In this document: positions 1 to 11,266 of the stretch, one piece after another
Numbering within the stretch: the stretch's first letter is position 1
Layout of the letters: every line of letters begins with the position of its first letter
Origin: Burkholderiales bacterium
GTDB lineage: Bacteria > Pseudomonadota > Gammaproteobacteria > Burkholderiales > JACQAP01
DNA: 62,849 nucleotides
NCBI GenBank assembly: GCA_046590325.1
Contig: JBKJUC010000123.1
Coordinates: 1 to 62,849, forward strand
Reading direction: 5' to 3'
Program-made: the position numbers and the translations under genes
The notes under the pieces: generated by a model
Told to the model about the DNA's origin: nothing
Database searches by the model: none
What the model saw: the letters and a program-made list of their open reading frames with translations, nothing else

Positions 1-1117
1 TGTTGTTGAAATAGGCGCGGATCACGTTGTGATAGCGCGGATCTTCCATCAGGAAGGCGTCGTGCCCGTGCGGCGCGTTGATTTCCGCATAGCTCGCATC
101 GAGGCCATTGTCGAGCAGCGCCTTGACGATCTCGCGAGAGCGCGCCGGCGAAAAACGCCAGTCCGAAGTGAAGGAAACCACCAGGAAGCCAGCGCTGGCC
201 TGTTTCACTGCCGCGCTGAGGTCGCCCCCATGCGCGGCAGCAGGATCGAAGTAGTCCAAAGCCTTGGTGATGCGCAGGTAGGTATTGGCGTCGAAACGCT
301 CGGCGAACTTGTCGGCCTGATAGCGCAGGTAGGACTCGACCTGGAACTCGACGTCGAAATTGAACTTGAATACGCCTTCGCGCAACTCGCGGCCGAACTT
401 TTCGGCCATCGCGTCATCGGAAAGGTAAGTGATGTGCCCGATCATGCGCGCAATGCGCAGCCCGCGGCGCGGAACGACGGCGTGGGAATAGAAATTCCCG
501 CCGTGGAAATCCGGGTCGGTGGTGATGGCCTGGCGCGCCACTTCGTTGAAGGCGATGTTCTGGGTCGAGAGCTTTGGTGCGGCCGCGATCACGATCGCAT
601 GGCCGATGCGTTGCGGCTGGCTGATGGTCCATTGCAGCGCCTGCATCGCGCCCAGGCTGCCGCCCATGACCGCGGCGAAACGCCGGATGCCCAGACGGGT
701 CGCCAGACGCGATTGCGCTTCGACCCAGTCTTCCACCGTGACCATCGGGAAGTCGGCACCCCATTGGCTGCCGGTCGCGGGATTGATACTGGCAGGGCCG
801 GTGGAGCCATGGCAGCCGCCGATGTTGTTGACGCCGACGACGAAGAACCGGTTCGTATCGAGCGGCTTGCCAGGGCCAATGAGATTGTCCCACCAGCCAA
901 CGTTGTCCGGATCGTCCGCATAGACCCCGGCTACATGGTGGGAGGCATTCAGGGCATGGCAGACCAGCACCGCGTTGCTACGCGCCGAATTCAGTGTGCC
1001 GTAGGTTTCGTAGGCAAGCTGGTACGCGTCCAGGCGGGCGCCGCTCTGGAGCACAATGGGCTCATCGAAGCGCTCGAACTTTGGACTGACGGTGCCTACG
1101 GTGCCTTCAGGCGGCAT
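1..1117 (-). CDS. metX: Homoserine O-acyltransferase MetX (3' end runs off window)
   Basis: Not in ORF track because it is truncated. Manual translation from ATG 1117 gives [64 protein letters not shown], and later GGSMGA nucleophile motif; typical MetX alpha/beta hydrolase. Confidence 0.93.
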   Translation of the reverse strand, partial: MPPEGTVGTVSPKFERFDEPIVLQSGARLDAYQLAYETYGTLNSARSNAVLVCHALNASHHVAGVYADDPDNVGWWDNLIGPGKPLDTNRFFVVGVNNIGGCHGSTGPASINPATGSQWGADFPMVTVEDWVEAQSRLATRLGIRRFAAVMGGSLGAMQALQWTISQPQRIGHAIVIAAAPKLSTQNIAFNEVARQAITTDPDFHGGNFYSHAVVPRRGLRIARMIGHITYLSDDAMAEKFGRELREGVFKFNFDVEFQVESYLRYQADKFAERFDANTYLRITKALDYFDPAAAHGGDLSAAVKQASAGFLVVSFTSDWRFSPARSREIVKALLDNGLDASYAEINAPHGHDAFLMEDPRYHNVIRAYFNN

Positions 1118-1175
1118 GGGCTGACAGGGGATTCAGATGCACCGATTATATCGTCCGCGAATCCCGGGAGCTTTC

Positions 1176-1754
1176 TCAGGACGGACGGTGCGCCACCGAA
1201 AGGCGGCGCAGCATCTGCTGCACGGCATCGGCTTTCATGTCGCGGTACAGCAGCACCTCTTCCGATTCCTTGGCCAGCACCTGGGTATCGTCATAGGTCA
1301 TGGCCCGCCGCAGGCTGATCTCGCCGGGCGGAGCAAGGTCGATGGATGCCTTGTCGGTAAGCCGGTACGCGATGCGGTACCGCAGTTCGAACTCTCGCAC
1401 CCTGCCCGCGCTGGAAAGAGAGAGGATGTGCTTCTCCTGCGCTTCTCCGAGAATGCTGAGCACTGCCTCGGCTTCGTCGCGGTTGGCAACGATGCGCGTC
1501 GCGCTCCCGGAACGAATCGCCCGTTCAAGGTCATTGACAAAGACGGAGTAGCCGGGCGCTTCGATGAAAATGGTCTGGAACGGAATCGCGACCTGACCGC
1601 GAAGCTGAAAGCCGCAGGACGAGAGCGTCATGGCGACGAAAATCATCGCCATAACGAGTGCTGCGTGCTGCGTGCTGCGTGCTGCGAAAAAGCAGCGCTC
1701 GTCAGCCGTTGCGCCGCTTTTTTGGGGTGACAGTTCTGTATGGCATTGACGCAT
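1176..1754 (-). CDS. lptE: LPS assembly lipoprotein LptE (start uncertain)
   Basis: Lipobox LSSC followed by GFQLRG; C-terminal LAKESEEVLLYRDMKADAVQQMLRRL; directly downstream of leuS as is conserved. Confidence 0.9.
   Translation of the reverse strand: MRQCHTELSPQKSGATADERCFFAARSTQHAALVMAMIFVAMTLSSCGFQLRGQVAIPFQTIFIEAPGYSVFVNDLERAIRSGSATRIVANRDEAEAVLSILGEAQEKHILSLSSAGRVREFELRYRIAYRLTDKASIDLAPPGEISLRRAMTYDDTQVLAKESEEVLLYRDMKADAVQQMLRRLSVAHRPS
1659..1686. repeat. Tandem heptamer (TGCTGCG)x4
   Basis: Four exact copies read directly from sequence. Confidence 0.95.
1687..1722 (-). terminator. Terminator-like hairpin downstream of leuS
   Basis: Minus strand aaaaagcggcgc-N12-gcgctgcttttt (stem with one G-U pair, ends in U5). 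Confidence 0.45.
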
Positions 1755-1793
1755 ATGTTTCTCTCTCAGTACTCAGCACCCAGCACCGTTCTC

Positions 1794-5350
<3,557 letters not shown>

Positions 5351-5468
5351 TCCGTAAGGCGTCGACCAGATCCATAGCGGGCGCCGCGCAAGTGACGCCC
5401 GTAGCCGGGACATTTCGGTGTAGGATCGCGGCGTGCGCTGCTCCCGCGCACGCCCATCCCGCTCTTCC

Positions 5469-6356
5469 ATGTCACGCAGACATCCGATCATCGCGGTCAC
5501 CGGTTCGTCCGGCGCCGGCACCACCGCTGTGCGCAAGACCTTCGAAAGTATTTTCCAGCACGAGGGAATCTGCGCGGCGCTCGTCGAGGGCGACAGCTTC
5601 CACAAGTACTCCCGCGAGGAGATGCGCCGCCTGATCGAGGCCTACGAGCAGATGGGCGGCCAGGCAGTCAGCCATTTCGGCCCGGAAGCCAACCTGTTCG
5701 AGGAACTCGAGGCCCTGTTCCGCGAATACGGCCGGCGCGGCGGCGGCAATTCCCGGCTCTACCTGCACAACGAAGAGCGCGCCGCGCGCTATGGGCAGAA
5801 GGCCGGCACCTTCACGCCCTGGCAGCGTTTGCCCGATCAGACGGACCTGTTGTTCTACGAAGGCCTCCATGGCGGCGTGGCGACGGACAAGGTCGACGTT
5901 GCGCGGCATGTGGACCTTCTGATTGGCGTCACGCCGATCGTCAACCTCGAGTGGATCCAGAAAATCCATCGCGACACCCAGGCGCGAGGCCACTCCGTTG
6001 ATGCAGTGACGAACACGATCCTGCGCCGCATGTACGACTACGTCCACTACATCACGCCCCAGTTTTCGCGCACCCATGTGAATTTCCAGCGCGTGCCGAC
6101 GGTAGATACCTCGAATCCCTTCGTGGTCCGCGAGATTCCCTCGGCGGAGGAAAGTTTTGTCGTGATCCGTTTCACCAGTCCGGAGCCGGTGAACTTTCCC
6201 TATCTGCTGGCGATGATCGAGGATTCCTTCCAGTCGCGTCCCGACACGCTGGTGGTTCCGGGCACCAGGATGGAGTACGCCATGCAATCCATCATGACGC
6301 CCCTGATCCGCGACCTCGTCGCCGAAGCCCGTAAAGCGCGGGAACTCAGGACCTGA
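5469..6356 (+). CDS. prkB: Phosphoribulokinase (proteobacterial type)
   Basis: HPIIAVTGSSGAGTT P-loop, HFGPEANLF, LLFYEGLHGG, NLEWIQKIHRD, NFQRVPTVDTSNPF motifs; start trimmed to MSRRHP. Confidence 0.95.
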   Translation: MSRRHPIIAVTGSSGAGTTAVRKTFESIFQHEGICAALVEGDSFHKYSREEMRRLIEAYEQMGGQAVSHFGPEANLFEELEALFREYGRRGGGNSRLYLHNEERAARYGQKAGTFTPWQRLPDQTDLLFYEGLHGGVATDKVDVARHVDLLIGVTPIVNLEWIQKIHRDTQARGHSVDAVTNTILRRMYDYVHYITPQFSRTHVNFQRVPTVDTSNPFVVREIPSAEESFVVIRFTSPEPVNFPYLLAMIEDSFQSRPDTLVVPGTRMEYAMQSIMTPLIRDLVAEARKARELRT

Positions 6357-6526
6357 ACCGCAAAGGCGCGAAGGCGCAAAGAAGGGCACGCAAAGGAAAG
6401 CAATTAAAAATTCGCGTGATTGAGTTCAAAACAGCGCTCATGGCTCCCTACTCCCCAGCAGCAACGAGTGCTGGCAATTTCCTGTCTTCATGGTTTACTT
6501 TGCGTTGCCTTTGCGCCTTTGCGGTT
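6356..6526. repeat. MITE/REP-like element with about 20 bp terminal inverted repeats built of CGCAAAGG units
   Basis: aaccgcaaaggcgcgaaggc (6356-6375) matches reverse complement of 6507-6526 at 19/20; AT-richer non-coding interior. Confidence 0.75.
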
Positions 6527-6552
6527 TAGGGTTTGCCACCGGCCGCATCACT

Positions 6553-6558
6553 TATAAT
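6553..6558 (+). promoter_or_regulatory. Putative -10 box (TATAAT) for uvrD
   Basis: Perfect TATAAT 32 nt before uvrD ATG. Confidence 0.45.
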
Positions 6559-6590
6559 CCGGGATCGAAAACGTAACGCCCCGTTCCCGA

Positions 6591-8774
6591 ATGTCGCTGC
6601 TCGAAGGCCTGAATCCGCAACAGCTCGAAGCCGTCACGCTCCCCCACCAGTCGGCGCTGATCCTTGCCGGCGCTGGTTCCGGCAAGACCCGGGTTCTCAC
6701 CACCCGTATCGCCTGGTTGATCCAGACCGGGCAGATTGGTCCAATGGGCCTGCTGGCCGTGACGTTCACCAACAAGGCGTCGCGCGAGATGCTGATACGG
6801 ATTTCCGGGATGCTGCCGATCAATACCCGCGGCATGTGGGTTGGCACATTTCACGGCTTGTGCAACCGCATCCTGCGCGCGCATTACCGCGACGCCGGAC
6901 TTCCGCAAACCTTCCAGATCCTTGATTCCGCCGACCAGCTCGCGCTGATCAAGCGCGTGATGAAGGGCATGAACCTCGATGATGAGAAGTACCCGCCGCG
7001 GCAGGCGCAGTATTTCATCAACGGCGCCAAGGAGCAGGGTCTGCGGGCGCCGCAAGTCGAGGCCTTCGACGATTTTTCGCGGCGCCTGGTCATGGTCTAT
7101 GAAATCTACGACGCCCAATGCAACCGCGAAGGCGTGGTGGATTTCGCCGAGTTGTTGCTGCGCTGTTATGAATTGCTGTCGAAGAACGAACTCCTGCGCG
7201 AGCACTACCGGGGACGCTTCCAGCACATCCTGGTGGACGAGTTCCAGGACACCAACCGGCTGCAGTACATGTGGCTCAAGCTGCTCGCAGGTTCGGGCAA
7301 CAGCATTTTCGGCGTGGGCGACGACGATCAGTCCATTTACGCCTTCCGCGGTGCCCGATCGGGCAACATGCTGGACTTCGAGCGCGACTTCCATGTCGAG
7401 AAAGTCATCAAGCTCGAGCAGAACTACCGCAGCCAGGGCAACATCCTCGACGCCGCCAATGCGCTTATCCGCAACAATCACAGCCGGCTGGGCAAGAATC
7501 TGTGGACGTCGGAAGGCTCCGGCGAATCGCTGCGGCTGTTCGAGGCCATGACCGACCTCGAGGAGGCGGACTACATCCTCGACGAAGTCCGCCTGCTCAG
7601 GAACGAAGGCGCGGCGCTTTCGGACATGGCGTTGCTGTACCGTTCCAATGCCCAGTCGCGGGTGCTGGAGCACGCGCTGGTAAAGGCGGGAATGGCCTAC
7701 CGGGTATACGGCGGTCTACGCTTCTTCGAGCGCCAGGAAATCAAGCACGCGCTGGCCTACCTCCGCCTGGTCGCGAATGCCGACGACGACGGCGCTTTCC
7801 TGCGCGTGGTGAATTTTCCGACGCGGGGCGTTGGCAACCGCAGTATCGAGCAGTTGCAGGAAGTTTCGCAGGGCCGCGGCGTATCGCTGTGGCAGGCGGC
7901 CTGCGCCAATACCCTGAGCGGCAGGGCCGGCACCAGCATCGCCGCGTTCATCCAGATGATCGAATCCATGCGCAAGGCGGCCGAAGGCCTGCCGCTGCCG
8001 GAGATCGTCGAACACGTGGTCGAACTCAGCGGGCTGATCGCGCACTACCAGACTGAGCGCGAAGCCGAGGACCGCATCGAGAATCTGAACGAACTGACGA
8101 CCGCGGCCACGACTTTCGTCGCCGCCGACGGCCCCATCACGCAGGTCACCGAAGAAGGGGAAATCCGGTCCGAAGGCCTGGACGCGCTGAGCTTGTTCCT
8201 GGCCCATGCCTCGCTGGAGTCTGGCGAACATCAGGCTGCCGCGGGCGCGGACGCCCTGCAACTGATGACGGTCCATTCCTCCAAGGGCCTCGAGTTCCAC
8301 GCGGTATTCATCAGCGGCCTCGAAGAAGGCTTGTTCCCGCACGAGAACAGCCTGACGGAGCAGGAAGGACTGGAAGAGGAGCGCCGACTGATGTACGTCG
8401 CGCTGACCCGGGCGCGGCGTCGACTGTACCTGACCCATGCGCAGACACGCATGCTGCACGGGCAGACGCGCTACAACATCGCCTCTCGCTTCATCGAGGA
8501 AATTCCAACGGAACTGATCAAGCGGGTAAATTCAACCAAGTATTCCGGGTTCGTCGTGGCCAGGGGTTTCGAATCCGGCTACGAGAACACGCCAAAGATG
8601 GAGGCCTCCGTCTCAGGTTGGCGCGTCGGCCAAAGCGTGGTCCATGCGAAATTCGGTTCCGGCGTAATCGTCAGCGCTGAAGGCCGCGGCGCCGATGCAA
8701 GGGTGCAGGTGAACTTCCGCGATGCCGGGCTCAAATGGCTGGCGCTGGAGTACGCGAAGCTGACCGCGGCATGA
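6591..8774 (+). CDS. uvrD: DNA helicase II UvrD
   Basis: LAGAGSGKT, VDEFQDTN, GDDDQSIY, EQNYRS, EEERRLMYV motifs and C-terminal tudor-like VVHAKFGSG. Confidence 0.98.
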   Translation: MSLLEGLNPQQLEAVTLPHQSALILAGAGSGKTRVLTTRIAWLIQTGQIGPMGLLAVTFTNKASREMLIRISGMLPINTRGMWVGTFHGLCNRILRAHYRDAGLPQTFQILDSADQLALIKRVMKGMNLDDEKYPPRQAQYFINGAKEQGLRAPQVEAFDDFSRRLVMVYEIYDAQCNREGVVDFAELLLRCYELLSKNELLREHYRGRFQHILVDEFQDTNRLQYMWLKLLAGSGNSIFGVGDDDQSIYAFRGARSGNMLDFERDFHVEKVIKLEQNYRSQGNILDAANALIRNNHSRLGKNLWTSEGSGESLRLFEAMTDLEEADYILDEVRLLRNEGAALSDMALLYRSNAQSRVLEHALVKAGMAYRVYGGLRFFERQEIKHALAYLRLVANADDDGAFLRVVNFPTRGVGNRSIEQLQEVSQGRGVSLWQAACANTLSGRAGTSIAAFIQMIESMRKAAEGLPLPEIVEHVVELSGLIAHYQTEREAEDRIENLNELTTAATTFVAADGPITQVTEEGEIRSEGLDALSLFLAHASLESGEHQAAAGADALQLMTVHSSKGLEFHAVFISGLEEGLFPHENSLTEQEGLEEERRLMYVALTRARRRLYLTHAQTRMLHGQTRYNIASRFIEEIPTELIKRVNSTKYSGFVVARGFESGYENTPKMEASVSGWRVGQSVVHAKFGSGVIVSAEGRGADARVQVNFRDAGLKWLALEYAKLTAA

Positions 8775-8780
8775 AGCGGA

Positions 8781-9527
8781 TCAGGCCTCGGGCTCCGTTG
8801 CCGGCGCGGCGGTCATCACGAACACATCGCGGTAACTGGTGTACATGGTCAGAACCATGACCGGCAGCCACAACACCAGGCCAATACCGAAGGGAAGTAC
8901 CGCGAGGACGAACAACACCGTGCTGGCCAGGCCGTAGACCAGGAACGGCAGGATATTGCGAAAGCCTGCGATGAGGCTGAAAACGATGGCACGAAAGCCC
9001 TGCTGGTTGTTCAGGATCACCAGCGAAGGCGAGAACCAAACCGCCATTGCCAGCGGCATGTAAAGCGAAAGTGAAACCAGGAGCGCCAGCAGGATGCGCT
9101 CGCGCGCTTCCGGCGAAATGGCGGCCGGATCCCCCACCTGCCCGCCCCGCGCGATTTCCTGGAATTCCGGCCCGCCGATGCTCAGCATCAGGCCCGAGAT
9201 CAGCACCTGGCCGACCAGGTGCACGCCGCCGACCGTCACCAGCTGCGCGGAGTTCTGGCGGAAGCCGCGAAACAGATGCCCGATCTCGATGCCGCCACCG
9301 GCTTCGAGGTCCCTGCACGCGGTCATGATGCCGGCGAGAAAAATGGGGGCGAGCAGGTAGAGCACGTAGGAGCCCGCGACCGGCACCTTTCCCAGCACCC
9401 AGCCGATCGCCACCAGAATCAGGTTCAGCACCAGCCAGATCAGCGGGTTCTTCCTGAACAGCGCAAAGGCCTGGACGATCCATTGCCACCCGCGTCCCGG
9501 CGGGACGCTGCGGATGCTCATCGGCAT
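8781..9527 (-). CDS. BPSS1780-like integral membrane protein
   Basis: Multi-TM protein starting ...GRGWQWIVQAFALFRKNP; conserved neighbour of thrB in Betaproteobacteria. Confidence 0.75.
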   Translation of the reverse strand: MPMSIRSVPPGRGWQWIVQAFALFRKNPLIWLVLNLILVAIGWVLGKVPVAGSYVLYLLAPIFLAGIMTACRDLEAGGGIEIGHLFRGFRQNSAQLVTVGGVHLVGQVLISGLMLSIGGPEFQEIARGGQVGDPAAISPEARERILLALLVSLSLYMPLAMAVWFSPSLVILNNQQGFRAIVFSLIAGFRNILPFLVYGLASTVLFVLAVLPFGIGLVLWLPVMVLTMYTSYRDVFVMTAAPATEPEA

Positions 9528-9534
9528 GGCAAGC

Positions 9535-10500
9535 TCATACTGCGAGGCCCGGCTGCCGCTCGGGCGAGGCGCGGTGATTCAAAAGGATGCGGCGGAATCG
9601 CTCCGGGTCGTGCTTGTGGGTCAGTTCGCCGGGACGGGGCAGGTGGAAGTCGTACAGGCGCGATACCCAGAATCGCAGCGCGCCGGCGCGCAGCATCCAG
9701 GGCCAGGCCTCGCGTTCTTCGGCGGTGAATGGCCGCACCGTGGTATAGGCTTTGAGCATGGCCTGCACGCGCGCCGTGTCTGTGGCCGCATTGGCGTTCA
9801 CGCACCAGTCGTTGACCGTGATGGCGACGTCGTAGATGAAGCAGTCGACGCAGGCAAAATAAAAATCGATGAATCCACCGACCTGGGCGCCATGTCCCTG
9901 GTCCTCGCGGAACAGCACGTTGTCGCGGAACAGGTCTGCATGCACCACGCCTCGGGGCAACGATTCCCGGTTCTGCCCGGCCTGGAAGCGGATCTCCGAC
10001 CGGAGCAGCTCCTCGTCCTCAGGCTTGAGGAAGGGATAGATTTCGGGTGCGCAGGCGGCCCACCATTGCGCTCCCCGGAGATTGTCGAGGCGGCCCTTGT
10101 AGGTTCGGCCGGCAAGGTGCATTTCGGCGAGTACTTCGCCTACTCGTGCGCAATGGTCCGGCGTCGGCTCCAGCACCGGCTGGCCTTCCAGGCAGGTGGC
10201 AATGGCGGCCGGCTTGCCATTGAGCTCGCCCAGAAGCTGGTTCTGCAGGTTGGCGATCGGCTTCGGGCACGGCAGGCCATGGCTGGAAAGATGAGCCATC
10301 AGGTTCAGATAGAACGGCAGTTCGGCGCCCGTCAGTTTCTCGAACAGCGTCAGCACGAACCTGCCGTGGCTGGTGGTGACAAAATAATTGGTGTTCTCGA
10401 TTCCCGAGAGAATGCCCTCGAGGTCGACCAGCACGCCGATGGAATAGTTTTTCAGCCAGGCGGAAAGCTGCTCGGGCGTGACTGTCGTGAATACGGACAT
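9535..10500 (-). CDS. thrB: Homoserine kinase type II
   Basis: MSVFT start, GIENTNY, HADLFRDN, FIDFYFAC, ALRFWVSRLYD. Confidence 0.96.
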   Translation of the reverse strand: MSVFTTVTPEQLSAWLKNYSIGVLVDLEGILSGIENTNYFVTTSHGRFVLTLFEKLTGAELPFYLNLMAHLSSHGLPCPKPIANLQNQLLGELNGKPAAIATCLEGQPVLEPTPDHCARVGEVLAEMHLAGRTYKGRLDNLRGAQWWAACAPEIYPFLKPEDEELLRSEIRFQAGQNRESLPRGVVHADLFRDNVLFREDQGHGAQVGGFIDFYFACVDCFIYDVAITVNDWCVNANAATDTARVQAMLKAYTTVRPFTAEEREAWPWMLRAGALRFWVSRLYDFHLPRPGELTHKHDPERFRRILLNHRASPERQPGLAV

Positions 10501-10512
10501 CGAGTGGCGGGA

Positions 10513-11241
10513 CTACAGGTTCAGTTGCGCTTCGCGTTCCGCGGCGGTGAGCGTGAAGCCGCGTTTCTCGTAATGGTTGAATATCGCTTCGACCACCCCC
10601 TCGGGCTCGTCGATGATCTGTATCAGGTTGATGTCGTTGGCGTCGATCATACCCTCGGACACCATGCGGTCGCGCATCCAGTCTAGCAGTCCCTTCCAGT
10701 ACGAGCTCTGCATCAGGATGACCGGAATGCTGCGGATCTTGCGGGTCTGTACCAGGGTCAACACTTCGCCCAGCTCGTCCAGCGTGCCAAACCCGCCCGG
10801 CAGCACGACATAGGCACAGGCGAATTTTACGAACATGACCTTGCGCGCGAAGAAATGGCGGAAGGTCTGGCTGACGTCCTGGTAGCGGTTGGATGCCTGC
10901 TCGTGCGGCAACTGGATGTTGAGGCCGACCGACAGCGAGCGTCCCGCATAGGCGCCCTTGTTCGCCGCTTCCATGATGCCCGGGCCGCCTCCGGAGATGA
11001 CACTGAAGCCGGCGTCGGACAGCTTGCGGCTGATGTTCTCCGCAAGGTGGTAGTAAGGATGGTCAGGCGGCGTGCGCGCGCTGCCGAAAATACTCACTGC
11101 CGGACGGATGTGCGCCAGGCGTTCGGTGGCCTCGACAAACTCTGCCATAATTCCAAAAACCCGCCAGGATTCGCGTGCCGACCAGGCCTTCTCGACGAAC
11201 TCGGGGGCAAGCGGAACCGGAACCTTCTGCTTTTCACTCAT
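10513..11241 (-). CDS. LOG family (TIGR00730-type) Rossmann fold protein
   Basis: SIFGSAR, SGGGPGIMEAAN, PGGFGTLDE motif. Confidence 0.93.
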   Translation of the reverse strand: MSEKQKVPVPLAPEFVEKAWSARESWRVFGIMAEFVEATERLAHIRPAVSIFGSARTPPDHPYYHLAENISRKLSDAGFSVISGGGPGIMEAANKGAYAGRSLSVGLNIQLPHEQASNRYQDVSQTFRHFFARKVMFVKFACAYVVLPGGFGTLDELGEVLTLVQTRKIRSIPVILMQSSYWKGLLDWMRDRMVSEGMIDANDINLIQIIDEPEGVVEAIFNHYEKRGFTLTAAEREAQLNL

Positions 11242-11266
11242 GCTGTGTTTTCCGCACTGACCGTCA

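Noticed and set aside
29-1318. 429 aa plus-strand ORF
   Set aside because: Antisense shadow of metX, which has clear motifs on the minus strand.
6552-7673. 373 aa minus-strand ORF
   Set aside because: Antisense to uvrD.
9514-10686. 390 aa plus-strand ORF
   Set aside because: Antisense to thrB and the LOG gene.
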